From Candidatus Omnitrophota bacterium (GTDB lineage: Bacteria > Omnitrophota > Gorgyraeia > Zapsychrales > JANLHA01): a stretch of DNA of 32,000 nucleotides. The stretch spans positions 480,001 through 512,000 of the forward strand of contig OY759724.1 of NCBI GenBank assembly GCA_963662715.1. Direction: 5' to 3'. Shown here piece by piece: positions 8,801 to 18,765 of the stretch. Numbering within the stretch: position 1 is the stretch's first letter; the number at the start of each line of letters is the position of its first letter. A program made the position numbers and the translations under genes. A model generated the notes under the pieces. The model saw nothing but the letters and a program-made list of their open reading frames with translations. It was not told where the DNA came from and did not search any database.

Positions 8801-9757
8801 ATGAAATGTGTCTACTCCGTTATTCTGCCGGTTTTTAATGAAGAAAGCTGCCTGGAAGACATCCTCAGACGAGTTCTTCACAGCCTGGATTCCCTGCAGG
8901 AACCTTATGAAATCATCTGTATTGATGATGGAAGCACCGATTCCTCATGGGATATTATCCAGTCACTCCACAAGGAATTCCCTCACATAAAAGGCATTAA
9001 GTTTCTCCGCAATTTCGGCCATCAGAATGCCTTTTACGCCGGCATAAAATATTGCACCGGGGAATATATTGCCCTGCTGGATGCCGACGGCCAGGACCCT
9101 CCGGAAATCCTGCCGCAGTTCTTTGCCAAATGCCGGGAGGGTTACGACGTCGTCTACGCCATAAGGGAGAAACGGAAGGAAATCATCTTTAAACGTGTCT
9201 GCTATGCCCTGTTTTACCGTTTTTATAAATTCATTGTTCCGTTTAACGTTCCCATCAATTCGGGAGACTTTTCCGTCTTTAACCGGAATGTGGCTGATTT
9301 CCTCTGTAGCCTTTATGAGAAAGAACCTTTTTTACGCGGATTACGGAGCTGGTACGGCGGCAAACAAATCGGCATTCAATACGAACGGCACAAGCGTTTG
9401 GCCGGCAAGCCCAAATATACGCTGACCAAACTGATATTATTGGCCATCAATGCCTCCATCACATTTTCCAAAATCCCTTTGCGATTTATTTCCGTGACAG
9501 GCATATTGCTTTCTTTATTAAGCATCGTCTGCGGCATTTATCTCGTACTCAGGGAAATGCTGACCGGGGCGGACATCTTGGGGTGGTCGTCAACATCAAC
9601 ATTAATCGTTTTCTTCGGGGGATTGCAGCTTTTTGTCTTGGGCATTATCGGTGAATATATCGGGAATATCTTTGATGAAGTCAAAAACCGGCCGCATTTC
9701 CTCATCGACCAGTCCCTGGGATTGAGCACCCGTCCCCCTGCGGACTCAAATCGCTAG
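8801..9757 (+). CDS. GT2-family polyprenyl-phosphate glycosyltransferase (ArnC/GtrB/DPM1-like) with two C-terminal TM helices
   Basis: SVILPVFNEE, ICIDDGSTD, LDADGQDPPE (DxD region), FLRNFGHQNA, and a C-terminal GEYIGNIFDEVKNRPHF after two TM helices. This is the canonical ArnC/GtrB layout. Confidence 0.85.
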   Translation: MKCVYSVILPVFNEESCLEDILRRVLHSLDSLQEPYEIICIDDGSTDSSWDIIQSLHKEFPHIKGIKFLRNFGHQNAFYAGIKYCTGEYIALLDADGQDPPEILPQFFAKCREGYDVVYAIREKRKEIIFKRVCYALFYRFYKFIVPFNVPINSGDFSVFNRNVADFLCSLYEKEPFLRGLRSWYGGKQIGIQYERHKRLAGKPKYTLTKLILLAINASITFSKIPLRFISVTGILLSLLSIVCGIYLVLREMLTGADILGWSSTSTLIVFFGGLQLFVLGIIGEYIGNIFDEVKNRPHFLIDQSLGLSTRPPADSNR

Positions 9758-9768
9758 ACGACCGAGCC

Positions 9769-10542
9769 ATGGACATCCATCATCTTTCCAAAGTTGAAAA
9801 TTTTTCTTTCCCGAAGGAATGGTACAATCTCGCGGACGAAAATCACTTCTGGCTGCAATGGAGGATGAAAGTCCTGCTGAACCAAATGCAGGCCGTGGGG
9901 GGCCTCAACATCACCCCAAACAGTCTGGGCGTTGAAATAGGCTGCGGGCAGGGGGTCCTGCGCAAACAAATCATGACCCGGACCGGCTGGAAGATAGACG
10001 GGATAGACATGGATTTAGCCGCCCTGCAGGCGAATGCTGACCTTGCGGGCGATTTGTACCTGTATGACATCCATGACAGGCATTCCGCCCTTAAAGAAAA
10101 GTACGACTTCCTCTTTCTGTTTGACGTACTCGAACATATTGCCGAAACAACATCCCTCCTGGAATCCTGCCTGTTCCATTTGAAAAGCGGAGGGTATCTG
10201 TTCATAAATGTTCCGGCCCTGCAGACATTCCACAGCGCTTATGATGTCGTCATGGGGCACCTCAGGAGATACAACAAAACATCCCTGCGTGCGGAGCTGA
10301 CCCGCGTCCAGCTGCACGTCATCGACATGCGATACTGGGGATTCAGCATGGTCCCTCTTTTGTTTATGAGAAAACTTATAACGGATAAAAAACAGCCACG
10401 CAAAGAGATCTTTGACCGGGGGTTCAAGCCCCCTTCTGCTTTTGCTCTGGCTATCCTCAACGGGTTAAAAAACACCGAAACAAAATTCCTGAAAGCCCCC
10501 GTCATCGGGTCTTCCCTGATGGCTATCGCGCAAAAAACCTGA
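9769..10542 (+). CDS. Class I SAM-dependent methyltransferase
   Basis: Motif I VEIGCGQGVL, then D-x-D (GIDMD), motif II/III FLFLFDVLEHI, and LKSGGYLFINVP. It starts 12 nt after the GT2 gene and is probably co-transcribed with it. Confidence 0.75.
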   Translation: MDIHHLSKVENFSFPKEWYNLADENHFWLQWRMKVLLNQMQAVGGLNITPNSLGVEIGCGQGVLRKQIMTRTGWKIDGIDMDLAALQANADLAGDLYLYDIHDRHSALKEKYDFLFLFDVLEHIAETTSLLESCLFHLKSGGYLFINVPALQTFHSAYDVVMGHLRRYNKTSLRAELTRVQLHVIDMRYWGFSMVPLLFMRKLITDKKQPRKEIFDRGFKPPSAFALAILNGLKNTETKFLKAPVIGSSLMAIAQKT

Positions 10543-10567
10543 CGTAACGGGTGGCCTGGAGAGCCTT

Positions 10568-11938
10568 TTACGGTTCCGCATTCAGAAAAACAATTAACAG
10601 CGTGGCGAGCGGGAAAATCTGCAGAATAAGCCGGCTGGCCGTATTATGCGAGTTGACGTGAACGGATAAAACAGAAGAAAATATCGCGAACATCAGGAAT
10701 ATCGATATAAACATGACGAGCCCGCCCAAAAGAACCTGAAGATTAACATCTTTCAATACTTTTCGCCGATGAACAACCAGGCTCACGCACAACAGCAGCC
10801 AGGTGAGATTCCAGTTCGCCGACAGGAACAGACTCTCCCCGAATATTTTCATGACCGGAAGAATCGTCTCCTGCGGATTGCGGAAGTTCAGCGAAGCATA
10901 AGCCATCGTTGAAATGCCCCGGGACATTTTATAAACGTAATGGAGCAGCAGGATCGCCGTGCAGGGGAACGCGTACTGCAGAAACAGTTTGGTTTTCGCC
11001 AGGCCCGGCAGGCTTTTTTCATGAAACAGAATATACATAAACAAAAGCAGTTGAACGACTAGATACGGATTCCCTTCCACTTTTGTGAAGGTCCCGAACC
11101 CGACGAACAGGGAGGAAAGAATGAGCCAGCCTCCCTCCCGGCTTTTCCTCCACATGATCATGAAAAGGACGGCCGAACACGTGTAATAAAGCAAGATGAT
11201 ATCCCGGTATTCCATCACCGCATGAAATAAAAGCAAGTTAGACGACAGAAGAAGAAAAATCCCATACAGCGCCCATTTCCTATTTATCAACTTATACAGG
11301 CAGTGACTGTAAATCAGCACAAAAGTCACAAAGTACAGCGGAAAAAAAATCTTGGTCAACTGGTCTTCCCAGAAACCGAAGTTACAGGAACTCCAGATAA
11401 AAAGGAAGGGCATCAGTAAAGGATAAACCGGGTACGGCACATGGGGCAAATTCTTCAGAGAGCCGTCGTAATAAAACAATTTTGCGTTATGCAGACTCGT
11501 TGAAAAAGAATCCCAGCCATATATGGGTAATTCAACGGCCCGGTTAAAAATAAAGAGCACATAATAGATGCTTATGCTGAGAATCAAAGCGTGAACCAGT
11601 TTTTCCTTGCCCGTATACTCTTCCGAGAAAAAGCTGCCGCCCCACAGAGAATCCCCGTCCGCAAGAAGACGGGACTTCCCCCCTTTATACTTCCTCATGC
11701 CGGCTATAAAGCATAAAACAATAAGAACGAGCTGGAAGAGGATAATCGCCTGCGGCCGGAATCCGATGCCGAGGATATCTAACAGGAGCATACCTTGCGA
11801 GAGGACGCCCAGCCCTAAGCCGTAAGACACGCTCATAACGACAAGCCAGGGCAACCGTATCGGCAGCAAATTCAGGACGCCGAAACCGAGGATTAAGGGA
11901 AGAAGTATCGTGAGGACTAATGGAAAAACATGGGACAT
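10568..11938 (-). CDS. Polytopic (about 12 TM) membrane protein, possible GT-C-fold glycosyltransferase or polymerase-like protein
   Basis: 456 aa, almost entirely hydrophobic helices, with one short loop carrying ELPIYGWDSF. The start is 1 nt after the stop of the upstream ORF (TGAtATG). It is in an operon with the ArnT/PMT-like gene. The family assignment is tentative. Confidence 0.55.
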   Translation of the reverse strand: MSHVFPLVLTILLPLILGFGVLNLLPIRLPWLVVMSVSYGLGLGVLSQGMLLLDILGIGFRPQAIILFQLVLIVLCFIAGMRKYKGGKSRLLADGDSLWGGSFFSEEYTGKEKLVHALILSISIYYVLFIFNRAVELPIYGWDSFSTSLHNAKLFYYDGSLKNLPHVPYPVYPLLMPFLFIWSSCNFGFWEDQLTKIFFPLYFVTFVLIYSHCLYKLINRKWALYGIFLLLSSNLLLFHAVMEYRDIILLYYTCSAVLFMIMWRKSREGGWLILSSLFVGFGTFTKVEGNPYLVVQLLLFMYILFHEKSLPGLAKTKLFLQYAFPCTAILLLHYVYKMSRGISTMAYASLNFRNPQETILPVMKIFGESLFLSANWNLTWLLLCVSLVVHRRKVLKDVNLQVLLGGLVMFISIFLMFAIFSSVLSVHVNSHNTASRLILQIFPLATLLIVFLNAEP

Positions 11939-11939
11939 A

Positions 11940-12542
11940 TCAAGGGTTCTTTCTGACCGCTAACAGATTGTTCTCATTGACTTCATAAGCCACCACATAA
12001 TTCTCCGGGACCGCATCACGGGCGTTTTCCTTGTTGAAATAGACGATGCATTCCGGAGGCGTCTGCTCATGCGCCCGCAAGTTCACCTTGGGCAATAAGG
12101 CGTAGGCGATGATACGCAATGCGGTGGAGCCGGGATCCACGGAAGTATCCAGATCCGAGACTAAAACGCCCCGGCACGTCCCGGGGAAATTCCGCAACAA
12201 TTCCCGGGAAAAATTATACGGCCCGCCGAAAAACAAAGATCTCTTTTCATGAGCGCTCAGGGAACGGATCTTGGCATGCTGCATCTGAAAATACAGCATA
12301 TGCCCCAGCGTCTGCAATACAGTTATGATGACGAAAAATGCCGTAACGAGACCGAGGGCTGATTTCTTCGGGTCAAACGGACCGGCGGCCAGCCCCCGGC
12401 CCCGTCTCAGCCCGCAAAAACAACACCCCAGCAAAAACAGCACGCCGATCATGATATAAATTTGAGAATACATCACCGCACTCTCACCGCGGAATCCGTT
12501 GAGAAACGGCTGGGGGTACAAACCTTTTAAAATATCCGACAT
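11940..12542 (-). CDS. Hypothetical membrane-anchored protein (2 TM plus a C-terminal soluble domain of about 100 aa)
   Basis: 200-aa ORF with TM segments IYIMIGVLFLLGCCFCGL and LGLVTAFFVIITVLQTLGHMLYF, translationally coupled to the downstream polytopic protein. I recognise no family signature. Confidence 0.5.
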   Translation of the reverse strand: MSDILKGLYPQPFLNGFRGESAVMYSQIYIMIGVLFLLGCCFCGLRRGRGLAAGPFDPKKSALGLVTAFFVIITVLQTLGHMLYFQMQHAKIRSLSAHEKRSLFFGGPYNFSRELLRNFPGTCRGVLVSDLDTSVDPGSTALRIIAYALLPKVNLRAHEQTPPECIVYFNKENARDAVPENYVVAYEVNENNLLAVRKNP

Positions 12543-12658
12543 ATTATGCCCTCACAAACACTATCCCCTCGTCAACTTACGGCCGTATCCCTTCCGGGCA
12601 GCAACAAGCACAGCCGCTCTTCGGGGACTCCCCCCGAAGATAGAGACAATATCGCCGG

Positions 12659-14104
12659 TTAAAAATAACACATATTGTTTATAAAACTCACATTGATATT
12701 AATGAGAACCGTTTTGAGCAGGCTTACGATTAACAACCCCGTCCATAAAATATACGATAATTTCTTCAGGACATCCTGTGGCATGAACATGATTTTTTGA
12801 AAAACAAAAGCCCACGTATGCGCGCCCAATATCATTAAGAAAGGAATCGCCATCAGAATATACCGGGACTGGTAATTCCCGTAAAGTGAATAAAAAATAA
12901 AATAGACGATGACATTCATTTTCATCCAGCCAAGAAAGCGTGCGTCTTCCGGGGTTTTCATAAAAAAAGCCGCGTAAGCCACAACGGATAACAGCGAAAA
13001 CTCCACAAGTTTCCGCAAATAAAACAAACAGCCGTATTCCTGGATAAAATCCGCATGGAACCATGTTGTCTGGGGGAAGTGAGAGAAAGAGCCCCCCCTC
13101 ATCAAGGGTTCCAACAAAAAATACGCGAGAAACAGGATGACGGACGGACGGATGATACGGATATGGTCGGCCTTAAACTGAAAGCCCGGTTCCGCCCCGG
13201 CCTTTTTCCGTTTAGCCGCAAGGATAACAGCACCAAAGAAACAGGCTAAAAGAACCAGAATAAATATCCGGCTTTTCACAGAAACAGAAAAGCCGTGTTC
13301 TCCGAGGAATTGATAAATATAATTCCCCCCGTAGACATGGAAATTCCAGAAAATCCACGGGACGGCCATCAGTATCGGCAAAAAAAGGCTTATGAGGAAC
13401 AAAGGTTGTTTGAGCGTTCTTCTGTCATAGAAATATACCGACAGCAGGACAGAAATACTTGTTAAGAAACCGGGATATTTTGTGAGTCCGGCCAACCCCA
13501 CAGAGCAGCCCCCCCACAAAAACAGCGCAGGATTATGGGTCTGAACTCCTTTGATATAGAAATAAACGGCCAAAAGGACAAAAAACGTCAACGTCGTGGA
13601 CAACCATATCTTTTGGGAACAAATAATGCTGACGGGATCGCTGGCAGCAAGCAACGCAGCCAACAAACTGACTTTACGGCTGCAGCAGGACCGGCTCAAG
13701 AGATAGACACAGGGAATGGTCAGGCAGCCGAAAACAAGTGAAACGAATATAACGGCAAACGGTTTAGTCCCGAAGATCTTCAAGGATAAAGCGACAAGAT
13801 AAGAATATACCGGAGGATGCTTAAAAAGCGGTCTGAACATATACGGCGGGAGTCCTTCGGGAGAAGAATGGTGTTCAACAAATCCCTGTGTGTTATAGGC
13901 CAACGGATCTTTTTTCAGCTGGCGGGCGATACAAAAATACACATTTTCGTCAGTCGTCACCCGCTTTTCTCTTGTGCTGATGCTGAAGGCCGCAAATCTT
14001 GTCCCGAAAGAGAAAACCGTAATAACGGATAATAACACAAAAACCAGAACAGACCGGCTCTTTTCCGATGCGGGTACCCGTTTAATGAGATTCAGTGTAT
14101 GCAA
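12659..14104 (-). CDS. GT-C-fold glycosyltransferase, ArnT/PMT_2 (GT39/GT83)-like, polyprenyl-phosphate-sugar dependent
   Basis: 481 aa with about 12 TM helices. The first extracytoplasmic loop has the acidic motif TTDENVYFCIARQL, comparable to the PDETRYAEISREM loop of ArnT. It lies convergent to a GtrB/ArnC-like GT2 that could supply the lipid-linked sugar donor. Confidence 0.7.
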   Translation of the reverse strand: MHTLNLIKRVPASEKSRSVLVFVLLSVITVFSFGTRFAAFSISTREKRVTTDENVYFCIARQLKKDPLAYNTQGFVEHHSSPEGLPPYMFRPLFKHPPVYSYLVALSLKIFGTKPFAVIFVSLVFGCLTIPCVYLLSRSCCSRKVSLLAALLAASDPVSIICSQKIWLSTTLTFFVLLAVYFYIKGVQTHNPALFLWGGCSVGLAGLTKYPGFLTSISVLLSVYFYDRRTLKQPLFLISLFLPILMAVPWIFWNFHVYGGNYIYQFLGEHGFSVSVKSRIFILVLLACFFGAVILAAKRKKAGAEPGFQFKADHIRIIRPSVILFLAYFLLEPLMRGGSFSHFPQTTWFHADFIQEYGCLFYLRKLVEFSLLSVVAYAAFFMKTPEDARFLGWMKMNVIVYFIFYSLYGNYQSRYILMAIPFLMILGAHTWAFVFQKIMFMPQDVLKKLSYILWTGLLIVSLLKTVLININVSFINNMCYF

Positions 14105-14348
14105 GGCAATAGAATTGATTTAGACGTCTAGGGTTAAAGGATTTGTCTTATTAGTCTAATTCTTTTAGTTTTTAAAAATTATAGTATAGCCCCCTGCGTC
14201 TTACAACTATAAAATATGTCACCTGCCCCGCCTTCTCTTAACATGATCTATAATAGGTGCCTTCCGGGAAACCACCCGTTATCGCTTTTTTCCAAAAGTT
14301 ATTATGCTATAATGCTACAAATCGATTTTTCAAACATCCGGATAACAC

Positions 14349-15125
14349 ATGAATCTTACTAAAGAACTAGAAATATCCCAAACAGCCGCACAGCGGGCCG
14401 CGGAAGCCATTTTAGACATATATCACGGCCGGGCATTTCAAGTCGAGATGAAAGACAATAAAAGCCCGCTGACTTCAGCCGACAAGAAAGCCAATGACAT
14501 TATTGTTAAAACCCTCTCCGAAACCTTCCCGGACTATGCGCTGCTGTCTGAGGAATCCCAAGACGACCGCCGCCGGTTAGCCAATAAATGGTGTTGGATT
14601 GTCGACCCTCTGGACGGCACGAAGGAATTCATAAAAAGAAACGGGGAGTTCACGGTCAATATCGCGCTTTCCTATGAAAACAGGGCCGTGCTCGGGGTGA
14701 TCTATGTCCCGGTGACGCACGAAATGTATTATGCGGTGAAAGGTCAAGGGGCCTATCATGTGAAAAACCATCATGCTTGTAGGATTTATGTTTCCGAGCG
14801 GAAGAAAGACATACGGCTTGTCATGAGCCGGTCACATGCCTCGGAACAGCTGCAGCGTGTTATCGATAAAAACGCGATCACCGATATCAAAAAATCCGGC
14901 AGCTCTTTAAAGGGGTGCCTGGTGGCCCAGGGCGCAGCAGAGATTTATTACCGCTTCAACCCCACGATGGAATGGGATACGGCGGCGATGCAGTGCATTG
15001 CAGAAGAAGCCGGAGGGATTTTCCGGCAATTGGATGACTCCGAAATGTTGTATAACAGGGAAAACAGCTTAAACAGCCGGGGATTCTATGTCCTTAACTG
15101 TGCGGACAACAAACTGGAACTCTGA
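14349..15125 (+). CDS. cysQ: 3'(2'),5'-bisphosphate nucleotidase CysQ (inositol monophosphatase superfamily)
   Basis: LSEES (metal-binding E), WIVDPLDGTKEF (the IMPase DPxDGT motif), and WDTAA near the C-terminus. It is divergent from the cysC-cysD-cysN genes. Confidence 0.85.
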   Translation: MNLTKELEISQTAAQRAAEAILDIYHGRAFQVEMKDNKSPLTSADKKANDIIVKTLSETFPDYALLSEESQDDRRRLANKWCWIVDPLDGTKEFIKRNGEFTVNIALSYENRAVLGVIYVPVTHEMYYAVKGQGAYHVKNHHACRIYVSERKKDIRLVMSRSHASEQLQRVIDKNAITDIKKSGSSLKGCLVAQGAAEIYYRFNPTMEWDTAAMQCIAEEAGGIFRQLDDSEMLYNRENSLNSRGFYVLNCADNKLEL

Positions 15126-15265
15126 ATCTAAGAAATAACATTCCAACCTTTTACTGGGCCCACCTATAGTACCACTACTATAAACGACAATACATTAGTT
15201 AAGATTATTTGCCTTAAGATATCGCGGAAGGTCTCATGAAATGGGTCAAAGAGGATTCTTTTCCG

Positions 15266-17068
15266 TTAAGAAGATAAATTGGTATGAATCAATTCTAATA
15301 TTTTCTCAACCACTTGCTCTCGCGGACTGTGTTCTGCAACATGCAAATCAGCCATCCCGGATGAGGAATCCTCATCCCCCACCCAGACCGTTTTGATCTG
15401 GTCGTCATCAATCGAGGTATGAATGATCTCCAGGTCAGACTTTTGCAGCTCTATCGCCGTTATAATCAGTATTGTCCCCATATTCAACATGATGTTGGCG
15501 ACCTCCGCAAGCCGGCGGAAATGTTCCGGGTGAGTGTCGGGATCATTCGTTAAATCAGCATCCAGACCGTGAATGACGTTACCGATCCCCAAGAAGTAAA
15601 CCAGCTTTCCCTGCATAAAGAGCCTTTCCTCCAAGGCCCGGGCTATTTCTTTGCGAGGGGCATCCCGCCGTCCGGTTATTAAAATCAAAGCGGCTTTCTG
15701 CCCATATCTTTCAAAACGCTGCTCCCGGGAAATATTGCTCATAATCCACCGGTAATTGCGTTCGATGACCATTTGCCTGACCTGGGATTGGGCGTCCTCG
15801 AGCGCCTCATAAATAATCCCGCCGCCGGATATGTTGTTTTGGTCAACAATAACGAATCTGCTGGTCGGGCTTATTCTGTCAGCCAGATCAAAGGCGATGG
15901 CCCGCGGCATTTTCAAAATGCACTTTGCCACCTCGTGGCGGGCAATCTTCTGGGCCGTATCAGTGCTGTCCAGGTTGGACGCGTTGAGGACTTGTTCTAT
16001 TTTTTCAATCTCTACCGGGACTTTCATAGTCCCGAGTTTGAGATGATATGTTTTACCCAGCTCCATGGGAGCCCGTCCCATCCAGAATAAATTAACCTTA
16101 ATTCTGGAGGTGACCTCCGGGGGATGGCCATGAAAAGCGGTTAACATTTCTCCTCTTTTAACATAAATCTGCTCGGTTAACGTCAGTCCAACAGCATAAC
16201 CGGCCCCGATCCCCGGCACAGCAGGCTGGTTAAACATTTCAATGGATTTGACATAGCTCTTCTTGCCGGAGGGATAAAAAACAACTTCATCCCCCACGTT
16301 GACGGTTCCGGTACTGATCGTTCCGCTGATGATACGGCGGTCATCCTGGAACTTCGTGAATTTATAAATATCCTGGACCGGCATCCGCAACGGCAAATTT
16401 TCATCAATATCCTTTTTATGAAATTCATCTAATATTTCAAAGACGGTTTTCCCGAAGTACCAGCTTAAATTCTCCTGCCGTTCGGAAATCATATCTCCCT
16501 CCCGTCCGCTGACGGGGATAAAACATGTCGCCTGAATTCCAATCTTTTCCAAAAATTCCTGATACTGTTGACTGATTTGTCTGAAAACATCCTCCTCATA
16601 GGAAACGAGGTCCATCTTGTTCACGAGGACAGCGACCTGTTTTATTCCCAGCATAGACAGCATGTAGCCGTGTCGGCAGGAATTCTCCTGAACCCCCTCC
16701 TTGGCGTCGATCACTAAAAGGGCCGCTTCGGCCCGCGCAGCCCCGGTGACCATATTCTTCAAGAACTCGATATGTCCCGGAGCATCAATAATGATGTAGT
16801 GGCGTTTGGACGTCTTAAAAAAAACCCTGGCAGAATCTATGGTAATGCCCTGGGCTTGTTCATCCTTTAAAGCGTCTAACAGAAAAGCATACTCGAAGGG
16901 TTTGGAATTATTTTCACATTGCTGACGGACCTGCTCAAGCTTCCCCTGGGGCAGAGAGCCGGTATCTGCCAGCAGGCGGCCCACGATAGTGCTTTTGCCG
17001 TGGTCAACGTGTCCCACAATAACGATATTCATGAATTGAGATGTCATAATATTAAAGAGTTGCCGCAA
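15266..17068 (-). CDS. cysN: Sulfate adenylyltransferase subunit 1 (CysN GTPase) fused to a degenerate APS-kinase-like C-terminal domain
   Basis: GTPase motifs [14 protein letters not shown] and NKMD, followed by EF-Tu-like beta-barrel domains. The last 165 aa or so align to CysC ([10 protein letters not shown] vs RRVGEVANLM), but the catalytic motifs are replaced. It lies directly downstream of cysD. The start is ambiguous: TTG at 17068, ATG at 17047 or ATG at 17032, none with a clear SD. Confidence 0.85.
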   Translation of the reverse strand: MRQLFNIMTSQFMNIVIVGHVDHGKSTIVGRLLADTGSLPQGKLEQVRQQCENNSKPFEYAFLLDALKDEQAQGITIDSARVFFKTSKRHYIIIDAPGHIEFLKNMVTGAARAEAALLVIDAKEGVQENSCRHGYMLSMLGIKQVAVLVNKMDLVSYEEDVFRQISQQYQEFLEKIGIQATCFIPVSGREGDMISERQENLSWYFGKTVFEILDEFHKKDIDENLPLRMPVQDIYKFTKFQDDRRIISGTISTGTVNVGDEVVFYPSGKKSYVKSIEMFNQPAVPGIGAGYAVGLTLTEQIYVKRGEMLTAFHGHPPEVTSRIKVNLFWMGRAPMELGKTYHLKLGTMKVPVEIEKIEQVLNASNLDSTDTAQKIARHEVAKCILKMPRAIAFDLADRISPTSRFVIVDQNNISGGGIIYEALEDAQSQVRQMVIERNYRWIMSNISREQRFERYGQKAALILITGRRDAPRKEIARALEERLFMQGKLVYFLGIGNVIHGLDADLTNDPDTHPEHFRRLAEVANIMLNMGTILIITAIELQKSDLEIIHTSIDDDQIKTVWVGDEDSSSGMADLHVAEHSPREQVVEKILELIHTNLSS

Positions 17069-17129
17069 CTATATATTGATTAACCGAAACAATGTCCTGA
17101 ACAAAACTCGAAAGCCGGCCGGTTCCGCC

Positions 17130-18011
17130 TTACATATAACCTTCTCTTCTCAAGGTTTCCAGCCCCCCGCCGTCATCTTTATCCTGCGCCCGGCCGGAAC
17201 GCTCAGCGATATTGGAAAATTTACCGGTCCTTAATTCTTCGATGATATCATCGACGTTCTTAGCGGTAGATTCCACCGGGAGAGTACAGGGATAACAGCC
17301 GAGAGACCGGTAGCGCGTTCCCTTTCCCTGATCATAATACAGAGAAACGGTCGGAATCCCTTCTTTTTTGATATATTCCCAGATATTCAACTCCGTCCAA
17401 TCCAGCAAAGGATGAATCCTTAAATGTGTGCCTTCAGAAAAATCTGTATTAAACTGATCCCAAAATTCCGGCGGCTGATCGCCAATATCCCAAAGGCTCT
17501 CTTTGTCCCTGGGGGAAAAATACCGCTCTTTGGATCTTGAGCCCTCTTCATCGGAGCGAATGCCGACGATGACCCCGGTGAAGGACTCGGTGCCTGTATA
17601 TTCCTCATAAAGATCCTTGTCATGATTGAAACGGAAACGCGGCCCTGTTCCCTCCAGCGTACTCTTAAGGGCGTCGGTTTTAAGAAGCCGGCAGCAGCGC
17701 AGACGGTCCACTTGTCCGTCCGGAAAAGTTTGTTTTTCTGCCAGAGCCGCCTGATTCTGGCCGTAAAACATATTCAAATGCCATTCCCGGGTGAGCCGGT
17801 CACGATATTCGATCATTTCCGGGATCTTATACGCTGTGTCGATATGCACCAGGGGGATCGGGACGTGCCCGAAAAACGCCTTGCGGGCAAGCCACAACAG
17901 CACAGTACTGTCCTTGCCAATGGACCAGAGCATGCAAAGATTTTTAAAATTCGCATAGGCTTCTCTCAAGATATAAATACTTTTATTTTCGAGTTCTGTT
18001 AAATGGTCCAC
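17130..18011 (-). CDS. cysD: Sulfate adenylyltransferase subunit 2 (CysD, PAPS-reductase/ATP-PPase fold)
   Basis: [15 protein letters not shown]...[20 protein letters not shown] contains the SxGKDS PP-loop. ...[16 protein letters not shown]... and the C-terminal [20 protein letters not shown] are typical of CysD. Confidence 0.9.
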   Translation of the reverse strand: MDHLTELENKSIYILREAYANFKNLCMLWSIGKDSTVLLWLARKAFFGHVPIPLVHIDTAYKIPEMIEYRDRLTREWHLNMFYGQNQAALAEKQTFPDGQVDRLRCCRLLKTDALKSTLEGTGPRFRFNHDKDLYEEYTGTESFTGVIVGIRSDEEGSRSKERYFSPRDKESLWDIGDQPPEFWDQFNTDFSEGTHLRIHPLLDWTELNIWEYIKKEGIPTVSLYYDQGKGTRYRSLGCYPCTLPVESTAKNVDDIIEELRTGKFSNIAERSGRAQDKDDGGGLETLRREGYM

Positions 18012-18039
18012 ATCCGGTGCCCTCGTTAAAAATACACGC

Positions 18040-18765
18040 CTATATATTCAAATAGCGGTCTATTTGTTTTTTAAGGCAAGAAAATGTTTCTTCTACCGTC
18101 TGCCCCTCGGTCTTGATAACAATTTCAGGGTTCTGCGGTCTTTCATAAGGATCATCGATACCCGTAAAATATTTGATTTCTCCGGCCCGAGCCTTTTTAT
18201 ATAATCCTTTAACATCACGCTGTTCACATATCTCAATCGGCGTGTCGACATGAATCTCCACAAAATTTTGACACAAATCGCGGACAAAATTGCGGGCATC
18301 CTGATAAGGCGAAACAAAGGAAGACACAACAATAACTCCGTTACGTTCAAGCATAGAAGCAAGAAATCCGACCCTCTTGATGTGATTATCCCGTTCTTCT
18401 TTTGTAAAACCGGTCTTAGGGAAGACCGAACGGACGACATCCCCGTCTAAACGCTCCACCCGCAATCCCTTTTCGGCGATATAATCGTAGGCCCGGCTGG
18501 CCAGCGCGCTTTTCCCGGACCCGGATAATCCCGTAAACCAGAGAACAAAAGGTTTGACGCTTTTTTTGCCGAAAGAGATTTTATTCCAGACACGTTCATG
18601 AAAGAAATATAAAATCATCTTTGCAATAATTTCAATGCCTCCCACAGACACGGCCAGGAAAAATCTTTTCGTAAAAAAATAAACAATGGTGCACGTCGTA
18701 ATCGTTGCCCAAATACGCCAGGAAATGGTCTTTAATATCGACCGGCTTCTTTTTTCAATATACAT
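18040..18765 (-). CDS. cysC: Adenylyl-sulfate (APS) kinase CysC with an N-terminal DUF2061-like two-TM membrane domain
   Basis: The kinase part has an intact P-loop [22 protein letters not shown] and [21 protein letters not shown]. The N-terminal 65 aa or so, [22 protein letters not shown]...[20 protein letters not shown], match the SWR...HERxW signature I recall for DUF2061. Confidence 0.85.
   Translation of the reverse strand: MYIEKRSRSILKTISWRIWATITTCTIVYFFTKRFFLAVSVGGIEIIAKMILYFFHERVWNKISFGKKSVKPFVLWFTGLSGSGKSALASRAYDYIAEKGLRVERLDGDVVRSVFPKTGFTKEERDNHIKRVGFLASMLERNGVIVVSSFVSPYQDARNFVRDLCQNFVEIHVDTPIEICEQRDVKGLYKKARAGEIKYFTGIDDPYERPQNPEIVIKTEGQTVEETFSCLKKQIDRYLNI

Noticed and set aside
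15165-15186. AT-rich hairpin TATAGTA-CCAC-TACTATA between the convergent cysQ and cysN genes.
   Set aside because: The stem is weak and entirely A/T, with no flanking U-run. It cannot be distinguished from chance in AT-rich intergenic DNA.
14349-18765. The PAPS module taken as proof of a sulfated lipid or glycan pathway linked to the neighbouring clusters.
   Set aside because: No ORF in the window shows a sulfotransferase PAPS-binding signature. Adjacency alone is insufficient, so this is kept only as a low-interest hypothesis.
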